Positions 34,413 to 42,760 of a DNA stretch of 64,000 nucleotides are shown piece after piece (positions within the stretch are counted from its first letter, which is position 1; each line of letters starts with the position of its first letter). The notes under the pieces are model-generated. The model did no database searches, had not been told where the DNA came from, and saw nothing but the letters and a program-made list of their open reading frames with translations. Position numbers and translations under genes: made by a program. The stretch comes from Elusimicrobiota bacterium (lineage in GTDB: Bacteria > Elusimicrobiota > Elusimicrobia > JACQPE01), in the NCBI GenBank assembly GCA_042563375.1, contig JBHPMF010000004.1, forward strand, positions 14,902 to 78,901, written 5' to 3'.

Positions 34413-35215
34413 TATAATCTTACTCCTTGCGGGACCAATACTCCTTCAAAACAGATCCCGCCTTTTTCATCAACCGCATATTTCCCGTCAGCGATATATT
34501 CAAGAGTCCTTGGGAATATCATCCAATCCCCTCTTTCTTTGAGCTTCTCCTGATGCAGGCGCGAGATCTCGTCTACCAGTGCAGCATTGCCCGGATCGAA
34601 CTTATCACCTAAGTGGACCTGAACAGGCTCCGAGACCATCAGGATCCGTCCGCCATCCACAACCGGCTCGATTATATGCATGGTCGATCCGATTGTTTTT
34701 TCTCCCGCTAAAATCGCTTTCCTGACTGCTTTTGCTCCTGTATATTTCCTCTTTCCGTTCTCCATCACCGAGAGATCAGCCGGATGCACATTTATCCCGA
34801 AAAACGCGCTGACCAAGGGAGCTGTGGCTATGCTCATGTACCCTGCGTAAGCCGCAACTGTCGCCCCATAGGGCGATAATGCCTTGACGGTTTCAGCGTC
34901 ATACAATTCACGCGTAGGCATATCCTTTCGCGGCTTCCCCTTCGCAGCGCAGAATGAATTTAGATCCCTTACAACAACAGGAATATCGTAATTCTTCCCT
35001 ATTTGCGCGGCGCGGCTCTCAAAATTGTCGCTGAATATGACGCAAACCTCATATGGAGATTTTCCCCTATCCTTTTCAAGTTTCTTCTGATGCTCAAGGA
35101 TCTTGATCAGATTACTGCCGCTGCCGGATATCAAGGCCGCGACTCTTAAAATGCCGATCTTGGGATCGTGCAATGGTTTTAGCGTGGTATCTGTTATTTG
35201 AGATTGCTTCGTCAT
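34412..35215 (-). CDS. purN: phosphoribosylglycinamide formyltransferase-like protein (extended)
   Basis: 267 aa. LRVAALISGSGSNL at the N-terminus, INVHPADLS (an HPSLLP-like site), and a C-terminal extension of about 60 aa. Lies between purQ and purM. Confidence 0.7.
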   Translation of the reverse strand: MTKQSQITDTTLKPLHDPKIGILRVAALISGSGSNLIKILEHQKKLEKDRGKSPYEVCVIFSDNFESRAAQIGKNYDIPVVVRDLNSFCAAKGKPRKDMPTRELYDAETVKALSPYGATVAAYAGYMSIATAPLVSAFFGINVHPADLSVMENGKRKYTGAKAVRKAILAGEKTIGSTMHIIEPVVDGGRILMVSEPVQVHLGDKFDPGNAALVDEISRLHQEKLKERGDWMIFPRTLEYIADGKYAVDEKGGICFEGVLVPQGVRL

Positions 35216-35297
35216 TTCACTCCTCGCAATGACACAAAAACTGCTCTTCTCTCTTCGCAGAGAAAGGTCTTACGCCCCCCTGTTTAAATTTACGCCC

Positions 35298-35340
35298 ATT
35301 CGCATTAATTCGTGTATTCTTATTCGCGTCTATTCGCGTT
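35298..35340. repeat. ATTCGY short direct repeats (purN-purQ intergenic)
   Basis: ATTCGC, ATTCGT, ATTCGC and ATTCGC start at 35298, 35308, 35322 and 35332. Confidence 0.6.
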
Positions 35341-35347
35341 GAATCCT

Positions 35348-36142
35348 TCAATTAAAGTACTTGATTGCATTTTTAAAGATCTGGACTCCTTCGCCCTGTT
35401 TTGGAAACTTGCCCTGAGCTTTTAGCCTCGTCCATGATGGATGATTATGCGGCGCAAGATACCCTTCAGGATGCGGCATTATTCCGAAGATCTTTCCTGT
35501 TGGATCACAGATCCCGGCTATCGCCTCCAGGCTGCCGTTTGGATTGGCAGGATACTTATCCGTGGGATCGCCGGCATCATCAGTATATTGTGCTACAACC
35601 TGTTTTTGGCTGAATAATTTTTGGATCAATTCATCATCCTGAGCGAAAAATTTACCCTCACCATGCCTTACCGGAAGAAACAACTGTTCAATGCCTTTTG
35701 TGAATACGCATTTTGAATCAGGATTGACTTTCATATGGACCCACCTATCCTCAAATCTGCAAGAATCATTGACTGTCAGGGTAGCGCGCTGTGTCTTGTA
35801 ATCATTATCAAATCCCGGCAAAAGCCCGAGTTTCACCAGAGTTTGGAAACCATTGCAAATGCCTATAACAAGCCCTTCTTTCTGGATAAATTTATCCATA
35901 TCATCCCGTAAGCCATGTTTGAATTTAACAGCCTGAACCGTACCGGCTCCCAGATGATCTCCGAATGAAAACCCGCCGATAAAAGCAAGGATTTTATAAT
36001 CAGAGAGTTTCTTTTCTCCGCTCAGTAAGTCGCTTAAATGCACCTTATCAGATGCTGCGCCCGCAATCTCGAATGCAAAAGATGTTTCCTCCTCGCAATT
36101 CAACCCGTTTCCTGTTAGAATCAATACCTTTGGTTTAGCCAT
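35348..36142 (-). CDS. purQ: FGAM synthase glutaminase subunit
   Basis: 264 aa. Catalytic GICNGFQ and HPEG. Directly downstream of purL. Confidence 0.9.
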   Translation of the reverse strand: MAKPKVLILTGNGLNCEEETSFAFEIAGAASDKVHLSDLLSGEKKLSDYKILAFIGGFSFGDHLGAGTVQAVKFKHGLRDDMDKFIQKEGLVIGICNGFQTLVKLGLLPGFDNDYKTQRATLTVNDSCRFEDRWVHMKVNPDSKCVFTKGIEQLFLPVRHGEGKFFAQDDELIQKLFSQKQVVAQYTDDAGDPTDKYPANPNGSLEAIAGICDPTGKIFGIMPHPEGYLAPHNHPSWTRLKAQGKFPKQGEGVQIFKNAIKYFN

Positions 36143-36143
36143 G

Positions 36144-39100
36144 TTAAATTCCTCTCAAGGGTTTTTGCCAGACCTGCTTAAGCCGTTCCACGTCAGTCTG
36201 GATGATCGGATTTCCTTCCAGCCCAATAACATTAAATTTCGAATCCTCCCTTACCTTGCCCACATAAGCATATGGACACCCTTTTATCACCTTTTCAAAA
36301 TTATAACGCGTGGCATCCGATACTGTCACGATAAGCCTGCTGTTTGATTCAGAGAAAAGCAGACAATCATCCGTATCAACACCGCGCTGCGGCACTTCTC
36401 TTAGATCAGCATCAATGCCCAGCCCTCCGGCAAAAGCTGTTTTCGCCAGTGCAACGCCAAGACCGCCCTTGACCACAGCGTGAGATGAATTTATCAATTC
36501 CTTGCTCATGGCTTTGCTTAACGCCTTATAGAGTTTCAATGCTTGCTTAGATTTAACTTTCGGGATCTTGTTACCTATACAAGGATCTCCCTCTGATACT
36601 TCAGAAAGAATCCTGTAATATTCCGAAGCCCCCATCTCATTAAAGGTCGTGCCTAGAACGCATACATAATCCCCGGGACGCTTGATATCAACTGTTACCG
36701 CCCTGCGCACATCATTTATCTTTGAGATGATAGATACAAGCAAGGTAGGAGGAACGGATATCGCAGGATCGACCCTGGTGAAATCATTGAACATGCTGTC
36801 TTTGCCTGATATCAATGGTATCCTGAAATCCTTCAACGTATCATAGAGCCCTTGATTAGCGCGAACAAGCTGGGCAAGCTTGTAATGCAGATGGGCAAGT
36901 TCTTCTTCGCTGTAATCCTTGAAATCTTCAGGGATCGATCTTGGCCAGCAGAAATTATCAAGACCCGCCATGAAATCAAGCCTGCCTCCTGCGGAAATCG
37001 TCTTTCGCACAGCCTCATCAACACATGAAGCAGCCATGTGATACGTATCGATATCTGAATAGAATGGATTAATACCCTCAGAAAGGACTATTCCCTCTTT
37101 TTCTCCCAATCCAGACATAAACACAGCCGCATCACTTGGCACGTCAGAATCTTTGCCCGCAAATGGTTTCACAACAGTCAAACCCTTAACTTCATGGTCG
37201 TATTGCCGTGATTTCTCCTCGATCGAGCATATATTGAGCCTTGAAAGCATGTTCTCAAGTACCGGGGTCAGATTATCAACTTTTACAGGCGTTGGCTCTT
37301 TAAAACGTTTCTGCTTCCATTTCGCGGTTAATTCATATCGCGGATATCCATTATGAAAAAAGTCCATGTCTAGAAACGCGACCGTCTTATCACCGTATTT
37401 AATATGGAACTTCCCGGAATCAGTGAACTGCCCAAGATTCGTGGCTTCGACATCACGTTTTTTAGCAAGACTCAGCAATTCATCAAGTTTTGCCTGCGGC
37501 ACAGCCAGAGTCATCCTTTCCTGAGCTTCAGAAAGAAGTATCTCCCACGGCTGACATCCTTTATATTTCAATGGGACCTTCTCCAGATCGATCTGAGCTC
37601 CATTGCTCATTTTCGCCATTTCACCCACAGAAGAAGAAAGTCCTCCTGCTCCATTATCAGTTATCGCACAATAAAGCCCTTTATCTCTTGCCTCAATGAG
37701 CATATCTGACATTTTTTTCTGAGTTATGGGGTCTCCGATCTGCACAGCCTGCATCGGAGAATCCTTATCAAGCTCAAGGGATGAAAATGTTGCTCCGTGA
37801 ATACCATCCTTACCCACCCTTCCTCCTACCATGACAATACAATCTCCGGGTGCAAGGCTTTTCTCATGAGATGGCTTCCCTGCTATTGTGCCGGGCATAA
37901 TGCCCACTGTTCCGCAGAACACAAGAGGCTTGCCGGAGTATTTTTGGTCGAATATCTCCCACCCTCTGCCATAAGGAATACCGCTTTGATTCCCTCCGTC
38001 TATTGTCCCCTGATGAACGCCCGCTCGCACTCTTCGCGGATGAAGCATGCCTGAAGGAACATCTTGTGAGAATGGGTCCCCAAAACAATAACCCCAAACA
38101 TTGATAAGCGGCTTAGAGCCCATGCCTGTGCCCATTGGATCGCGGTTCACGCCCACTATCCCTGTCATGGCTCCGCCATAAGGCTCCAGAGCTGAAGGGC
38201 TATTGTGCGTTTCAACCTTATAAACGAGATTGATCTTGTCATTGAATTTAATTACCCCTGCGTTATCTTTGAAAACCGACAATAACCAGTCAACCTTCTC
38301 CACCTTCTTTTTCTTTTCCGTCCGCGCAGACCTGGCATCCGGTATCTCATACTTCCAGTTCGAAATATCAAAATCCTGCTCCCCTGATTCCCCCTGAGAA
38401 ACATCCCCATCTGCCCCCTTTTCCTCTTCTGCTATCTCCTCCCCACTTGTGGGGGAGGCCAGATGGGGGGTCCCCGCTATTTCCTCCGTAACTCTCTTAA
38501 TATAAGTATCAAACAAAGAATCAATCTTTGTCACTTCCCCTTTCTCATCCGTAAAATCTATCAAGGCATTGAAGATCTTATGCTGGCAATGCTCAGACCA
38601 AGTCTGGGCCAATGCCTCAAGCTCAACATCGGTCGGATCTTCAGATAATCCCATCTCTTTTCTTTTCTCAAGCGCTTCGGGCTTCTTAAGATAATCCCTG
38701 ATAGCGCACATTTCCTTAAGATTAAAAGCCAGGGTCCCCTTCTTGCTTATATCGATCAATTCCTCGTCACTCACATTAAGGTTTATCTGATTCACAGTGA
38801 CCCCTTGATCACCTTTGACCCTGGGCGGATCGATCTTTAAACCATTATTCTTCCAGTCTTCAAAACTCTGAACCTCGATTCTCTCGATCAGAAGATTGGC
38901 AAGCAGTTCCTTTGAGATTCTATTGGCATCCTCCTCGGAAATATCACCTGAAATCATGTATTGTGTGGCTGTATGCACTCCTGCGTTATCAGAAAAAGCA
39001 TCCGCAAAAATATCTTTTAAGAGTTTTTTCAGGGTTGAGCCCACATTATCCGTCACTCCCGGCTTGAATGAAACAAGGATTGACCACGTGAAATTTATCT

Positions 39101-39443
39101 CCCTTTCTTCTTTTTTCTCCTCTCTTCGTAGCGCGGCAGCTTGCATGCCGCTTTCCCCTTCTCTTCTCTCTCCCGCAGATGAACTCCCCCACGACTCCTG
39201 GACAATCGGATCCGTTACTATTTCCTTTGCCTTCCCAGCCTGCTCAGGAGTCAAAACATCCAGCATAAAGACCTTTCTTGTCCTGACATCTTTGACGCTC
39301 ATGCCAAGAAAACTGTTTATCTTGTCCCTTGTAGCCACTCCAAGCGGATCCGCCACGCCTTCTTTGCATCCCACTTCGACCCAATGAAACACAGTTGCGC
39401 CCTTATCTGCGACTTGCTCTAAAACGATTGTTTTTTCTTCCAT
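36144..39443 (-). CDS. purL: FGAM synthase II with two fused N-terminal PurS-like modules (PurS-PurS-PurL)
   Basis: 1099 aa. Residues ~20-85 (...KEGVADPLGVATRDKINSFLG...VTDPIVQESW) and ~115-190 (SFKPGVTDNVGSTL...LLANLLIERIEVQSF) both look like PurS. The PurL core follows (ETHNSPSALEPYGGAMTGIVGVNRD, two AIRS-like repeats). Confidence 0.9.
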   Translation of the reverse strand: MEEKTIVLEQVADKGATVFHWVEVGCKEGVADPLGVATRDKINSFLGMSVKDVRTRKVFMLDVLTPEQAGKAKEIVTDPIVQESWGSSSAGERREGESGMQAAALRREEKKEEREINFTWSILVSFKPGVTDNVGSTLKKLLKDIFADAFSDNAGVHTATQYMISGDISEEDANRISKELLANLLIERIEVQSFEDWKNNGLKIDPPRVKGDQGVTVNQINLNVSDEELIDISKKGTLAFNLKEMCAIRDYLKKPEALEKRKEMGLSEDPTDVELEALAQTWSEHCQHKIFNALIDFTDEKGEVTKIDSLFDTYIKRVTEEIAGTPHLASPTSGEEIAEEEKGADGDVSQGESGEQDFDISNWKYEIPDARSARTEKKKKVEKVDWLLSVFKDNAGVIKFNDKINLVYKVETHNSPSALEPYGGAMTGIVGVNRDPMGTGMGSKPLINVWGYCFGDPFSQDVPSGMLHPRRVRAGVHQGTIDGGNQSGIPYGRGWEIFDQKYSGKPLVFCGTVGIMPGTIAGKPSHEKSLAPGDCIVMVGGRVGKDGIHGATFSSLELDKDSPMQAVQIGDPITQKKMSDMLIEARDKGLYCAITDNGAGGLSSSVGEMAKMSNGAQIDLEKVPLKYKGCQPWEILLSEAQERMTLAVPQAKLDELLSLAKKRDVEATNLGQFTDSGKFHIKYGDKTVAFLDMDFFHNGYPRYELTAKWKQKRFKEPTPVKVDNLTPVLENMLSRLNICSIEEKSRQYDHEVKGLTVVKPFAGKDSDVPSDAAVFMSGLGEKEGIVLSEGINPFYSDIDTYHMAASCVDEAVRKTISAGGRLDFMAGLDNFCWPRSIPEDFKDYSEEELAHLHYKLAQLVRANQGLYDTLKDFRIPLISGKDSMFNDFTRVDPAISVPPTLLVSIISKINDVRRAVTVDIKRPGDYVCVLGTTFNEMGASEYYRILSEVSEGDPCIGNKIPKVKSKQALKLYKALSKAMSKELINSSHAVVKGGLGVALAKTAFAGGLGIDADLREVPQRGVDTDDCLLFSESNSRLIVTVSDATRYNFEKVIKGCPYAYVGKVREDSKFNVIGLEGNPIIQTDVERLKQVWQKPLRGI
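38436..38486. repeat. family A repeat, copy A6 (inside purL)
   Basis: CTCCTCCCCACTTGTGGGGGAGGCCAGATGGGGGGTCCCCGCTATTTCCTC. Confidence 0.85.
39128..39152. repeat. family C repeat C2 (inside purL, in the linker between the PurS-like modules)
   Basis: GTAGCGCGGCAGCTTGCATGCCGCT is identical at 24 of 25 positions to 14369-14393. Confidence 0.85.
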
Positions 39444-39452
39444 GTTTTTCCC

Positions 39453-39674
39453 TCAGTTAGTTTGTATAAAAATACTTTTCAAATCTATCCCTTGCCTCAT
39501 GGGGCTCCTGGGTAAATGTTTCGGATACAAAAGGTCCAAAAAGGAATGCTCTTTTATCAAATCGATCTCAAGATGTTTTAGATCATGCGCTGATGCATAT
39601 CGTATGCACTCTTCAACCGGCTTAGGAACGACATTAAAACCGAATTTAGGTTTTATTCGAAATTTTTGATTCAC
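39453..39674 (-). CDS. hypothetical small ORF (possibly the N-terminal remnant of a xylose-isomerase-like TIM-barrel gene)
   Basis: 73 aa with a GTG start. KFGFNVVPKPVEECIRYASAHDLKHLEIDL resembles the first strands of sugar-phosphate isomerase/epimerase proteins, but the ORF stops after 73 aa. This is a weak call. Confidence 0.25.
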   Translation of the reverse strand: MNQKFRIKPKFGFNVVPKPVEECIRYASAHDLKHLEIDLIKEHSFLDLLYPKHLPRSPMRQGIDLKSIFIQTN

Positions 39675-39713
39675 TTCTTTATCACACCCATGAATTCTTT
39701 ACACATGAATAAT

Positions 39714-40115
39714 CTAAATCCCTATCCAAAGATTGATCGCGTCATACCCTACTTGCGGATGGACACACCGCCTGGCTGAAGCCTTTTCTTTTGTTAGTTT
39801 CACAAGACCAAGCTTTGACAGAAGCTCGATATCCTTGAACACGCCGGGAAAGCTGCGGCGCGCCATTTTGGCCAGCCTATATAGATTTCTGGGGCTTTTC
39901 TCTTTGATGAGATGAAGTAATTCTAAACGTTTTGGGGTTAGGAAATTCCCTGCTGCTTCAAGGCTAGCAAAACAAACGCCCGTCTTCGGCGTGAAGGAAG
40001 TCCGTTTTTGCGCGGCTTGAAAGGCTTTCTCGAAATTATTTGAAGCTTTTTCTGCGCTTCCGATATTTATCACTATTTCCTTTTCCTTGGAAAATTGGCA
40101 GCGTATGGCACGCAT
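39714..40115 (-). CDS. winged-helix DNA-binding protein (COG4190-like putative antitoxin/regulator)
   Basis: 133 aa. LTPKRLELLHLIKEKSPRNLYRLAKMARRSFPGVFKDIELLSKLGLVKL is a wHTH of the type found in TA-associated regulators. Confidence 0.55.
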   Translation of the reverse strand: MRAIRCQFSKEKEIVINIGSAEKASNNFEKAFQAAQKRTSFTPKTGVCFASLEAAGNFLTPKRLELLHLIKEKSPRNLYRLAKMARRSFPGVFKDIELLSKLGLVKLTKEKASARRCVHPQVGYDAINLWIGI

Positions 40116-40137
40116 TATTGCGATCTCGATATCAATT

Positions 40138-40434
40138 TCATCGACCCCCGGTAAACCTCGATAGTCCTGTATCTATAATGCTTCTTAAAAGAACTTGATA
40201 CGGAACATGTTTTTTGTCGGCGATCGCCTTGGCCATGCGAAGCTGGCTTGGATACAGACGAATACTGATAAGCTTGGCTTTTTCGTGGCGATCGCGAACT
40301 TCGGCTTGAAGTCTGGGAAATATTTCCAAAGGTTCTTTAATATCTTCGAAGTCGTCCCAAAAATCCACGGTATCATGTTTCATCCAGAAATCAGCTTCCT
40401 CTTTTTGGGTTTTGAATTTTGGAATTTTTTTCAT
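40138..40434 (-). CDS. brnA: BrnA-type antitoxin (RHH/CopG-like)
   Basis: The ATG at 40434 overlaps the brnT stop (ATGA), with AAGGTGG upstream. MKKIPKFKTQKEEADFWMKHDTVDFWDD...ISIRLYPSQLRMAKAIADKKHVPYQVLLRSII is typical of BrnA. Confidence 0.75.
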   Translation of the reverse strand: MKKIPKFKTQKEEADFWMKHDTVDFWDDFEDIKEPLEIFPRLQAEVRDRHEKAKLISIRLYPSQLRMAKAIADKKHVPYQVLLRSIIDTGLSRFTGGR

Positions 40435-40700
40435 TTTAACCACCTTTTTAATCTTATCTTCTCATTTCGCGTCATTGGTCTTGCGCTGAATGGCCTTACT
40501 GAACCATGACCCTTATGCTGGAACACCACTAAAACATAACGTCCATCAAGGGTCTGTCCGTAAGCGAGATAACCCCCGCTTCTAGCCCTGCGGACAAGCC
40601 GCGCTCCAAGAACGACTTCTTCGATCTCACCCCTGCTAACGCCATGAATAATGGCATGAAATAGATTATTCTTGTCCCATTCGAAAGATCTGATTTTCAT
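40431..40700 (-). CDS. brnT: BrnT-type toxin (DUF497 ribonuclease)
   Basis: 89 aa. FEWDKNN...HGVSRGEIEEV...GRYVLVVFQHKG..VRPFSARPMTRNEK fits the BrnT pattern. Confidence 0.8.
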   Translation of the reverse strand: MKIRSFEWDKNNLFHAIIHGVSRGEIEEVVLGARLVRRARSGGYLAYGQTLDGRYVLVVFQHKGHGSVRPFSARPMTRNEKIRLKRWLK

Positions 40701-40736
40701 GTATATACAGTATATACGATATTATAAATTTGTCAA
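40701..40736 (-). promoter_or_regulatory. brnTA promoter with overlapping palindromic operator; the transcript is predicted to be leaderless
   Basis: On the minus strand: TTGACA (40736-40731), a 16-nt spacer, TATACT (40714-40709), then 8 nt to the ATG at 40700. Two self-complementary GTATATAC octamers (40701-40708, 40710-40717) cover the -10 element. Confidence 0.55.
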
Positions 40737-40805
40737 GGGGAGTTACTTTACTCCCTCCCTGGTAACAAACCAAATTCTCCCAATGTGCACTTATTTAATA
40801 CTGGA

Positions 40806-42266
40806 TCACGGTTCCCGCCGGGATACCAAAAATGGGAGAGTCTTCTTTTTATAACAAGTCTTGTAGACTTTTCTCAATATCTCCCTGCTCTGACCTATGT
40901 ATCGCACAGGGTCAGTGATTTTTCTTAATGTTTCATATGAAATACGGCTTGTAACCTCATGCTCCTGGGCCAAAACATCGAAAAAATTCCTCTTGCTCCC
41001 ATAAGCCTTTGTGGCAAGCTGACCCATAAGATCATGAGCATCCTTGCGCGACATAGGCTTTTTAACCGTCCTTCTATCGGTTAGGTACGCTGCCACTTGG
41101 CTCGAGGTCACGATCCCAAAAGTGCGCTTGATCCTGTCGATGCTTCTTTGCTTTTTTAAGCCCAGCCAATAAACAGTATTGGCCAAATCCCTTATCACGC
41201 AGTCGCTTAACTTAAAAGCGCTCTCAAGCATTATCCTGTCTGAAGCTGAGGCTGAGAGATCGCGGGCATAGGGAAAAGCGCACGCGCTTAAAGCTGATGT
41301 TGCATAGCCCCGTAAAATATTGGACAGGGATTTGGTCCGCTCTTCGATCGTGGGATTGCCGCCCTTGGCATCTTTATGAGGCATGGCAGAAGAGCCTTTT
41401 CTTCTTGTTGGATTCAGATCGCAGAACACATCAACATCATCGCTTTTGCCCCATGCCACGTAAGTGGCCAGGTTGCGAAGGGTTTCACCGAATCTGGCTA
41501 ACGCATAAAAAATATCAGATATGAATTCCCTGCCAGGCACTTGAGCCGGAGCGATCATGCATCCCAATCCAAGGCTCTTGCAATAATTTTCCTGAAGCCG
41601 CATGCCATCCATGCCAAGAGCCACGGCGCTATGATGGTTCCCGGTCGCGTCCGCCCATTTACCCTTGATCGAATTCCTGTAAAAATAATTCAACACCTGC
41701 AGGTCAGACTCGAGCATCTCAACGTAAAACATGAACGGTCTTCCTGCCATTGTGGGCATGGCATCATAAAGATGGGTCGTATCCATGAACGGAACATCGA
41801 ATTCCATGGCTTTTTCAATGATAATATCTCGTAAATTCTCAAGGGAATCGATCATGATCTCAAGCGCTTGTTTGATCTGAAGAGCCTTGGCGGTTTCCGT
41901 TGAATCAGCGCTTGTTCTTGCCTTGTTTATATGAGAGGCTGCTTCCCTGGGAACTGTTTCCCCCCAGGCTGTGTTTATGGCGATCACATCATGCCCTGTT
42001 TTTTCTTCAATAGCCCTGATCCTCGCGGGACGCACGCTTTTTAAGTTCGCTTTTGCCTTAAGCTGGTTCGCCTGTTTGCGCGCAACGACTTTAGGATAAA
42101 GTTTGGATATGGTTTCAACAGCTTTAACCTGGGAATTCAGGATAAACTCAAAAGTTTTCTCAACCCCCCATATATCGATCATCTCTTTAGTGGCGTATCT
42201 GCCTGCCACAAGAAGAGCCGGGTTCGTGCGCGCGTCGATCCCTTTTGGCCTGGGCTTTGTCTTCAC
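40806..42266 (-). CDS. purB: adenylosuccinate lyase (divergent, long form)
   Basis: 486 aa of the fumarate-lyase superfamily. GRYATKEMIDIWG at the N-terminus. The signature loop is GSSAMPHKDAKGGNP. The GTG start overlaps the purE stop (GTGA). Confidence 0.8.
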   Translation of the reverse strand: MKTKPRPKGIDARTNPALLVAGRYATKEMIDIWGVEKTFEFILNSQVKAVETISKLYPKVVARKQANQLKAKANLKSVRPARIRAIEEKTGHDVIAINTAWGETVPREAASHINKARTSADSTETAKALQIKQALEIMIDSLENLRDIIIEKAMEFDVPFMDTTHLYDAMPTMAGRPFMFYVEMLESDLQVLNYFYRNSIKGKWADATGNHHSAVALGMDGMRLQENYCKSLGLGCMIAPAQVPGREFISDIFYALARFGETLRNLATYVAWGKSDDVDVFCDLNPTRRKGSSAMPHKDAKGGNPTIEERTKSLSNILRGYATSALSACAFPYARDLSASASDRIMLESAFKLSDCVIRDLANTVYWLGLKKQRSIDRIKRTFGIVTSSQVAAYLTDRRTVKKPMSRKDAHDLMGQLATKAYGSKRNFFDVLAQEHEVTSRISYETLRKITDPVRYIGQSREILRKVYKTCYKKKTLPFLVSRREP

Positions 42267-42760
42267 TTCGCTTTTATGCCTTTAACGCAGAGCTTGTCAG
42301 CTTCAACCACTTCCTTCTTTTTCTGGCTGATCTGCTCAAAAAGCTTGTCAAGAAGGTCTTTCTCGCGTGCGCTGAAATACTGCGCTGCAAAACGCGCGGC
42401 ATTCACTGGCTTTAAGATCGTAGCGTTCGATGTTCCCCTTGGATTGCCAAGGCATGATGCCACATGCTTCTCATTGGGCGGGCAGCTCACAACAGGCCAC
42501 CTGGAATTCGCCGCTAAAACCCCGGAAAGAGCGTCAGTTCCTCCTGCGATGCTTATTATCAAGATATTATCCTTGCTTTCATTGAGTTCATTGACGATAG
42601 ACATCACATGACTGAGCGTCCTATGAGCGGAACCGATCCTGAAAAAAGACGAGATCTTCCACTTGCCGAGCTCCTCTCTTATCCTCTGGGCATGATCCAG
42701 GTCATTCTCAGAACCCATAACAATAGCGACACTTATTCCCTTGTGGTAGTTATTGTTCAT
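42263..42760 (-). CDS. purE: PurE, class-II-like (AIR carboxylase type)
   Basis: 165 aa. VAIVMGSENDL, GSAHRT, IAGGTDALSGVLAANSRWPVVSCPP. The ...PV(I/V)SCPP string resembles class II PurE rather than the class I AAHLPG...PViGVP. No purK in the window. Confidence 0.85.
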   Translation of the reverse strand: MNNNYHKGISVAIVMGSENDLDHAQRIREELGKWKISSFFRIGSAHRTLSHVMSIVNELNESKDNILIISIAGGTDALSGVLAANSRWPVVSCPPNEKHVASCLGNPRGTSNATILKPVNAARFAAQYFSAREKDLLDKLFEQISQKKKEVVEADKLCVKGIKAK

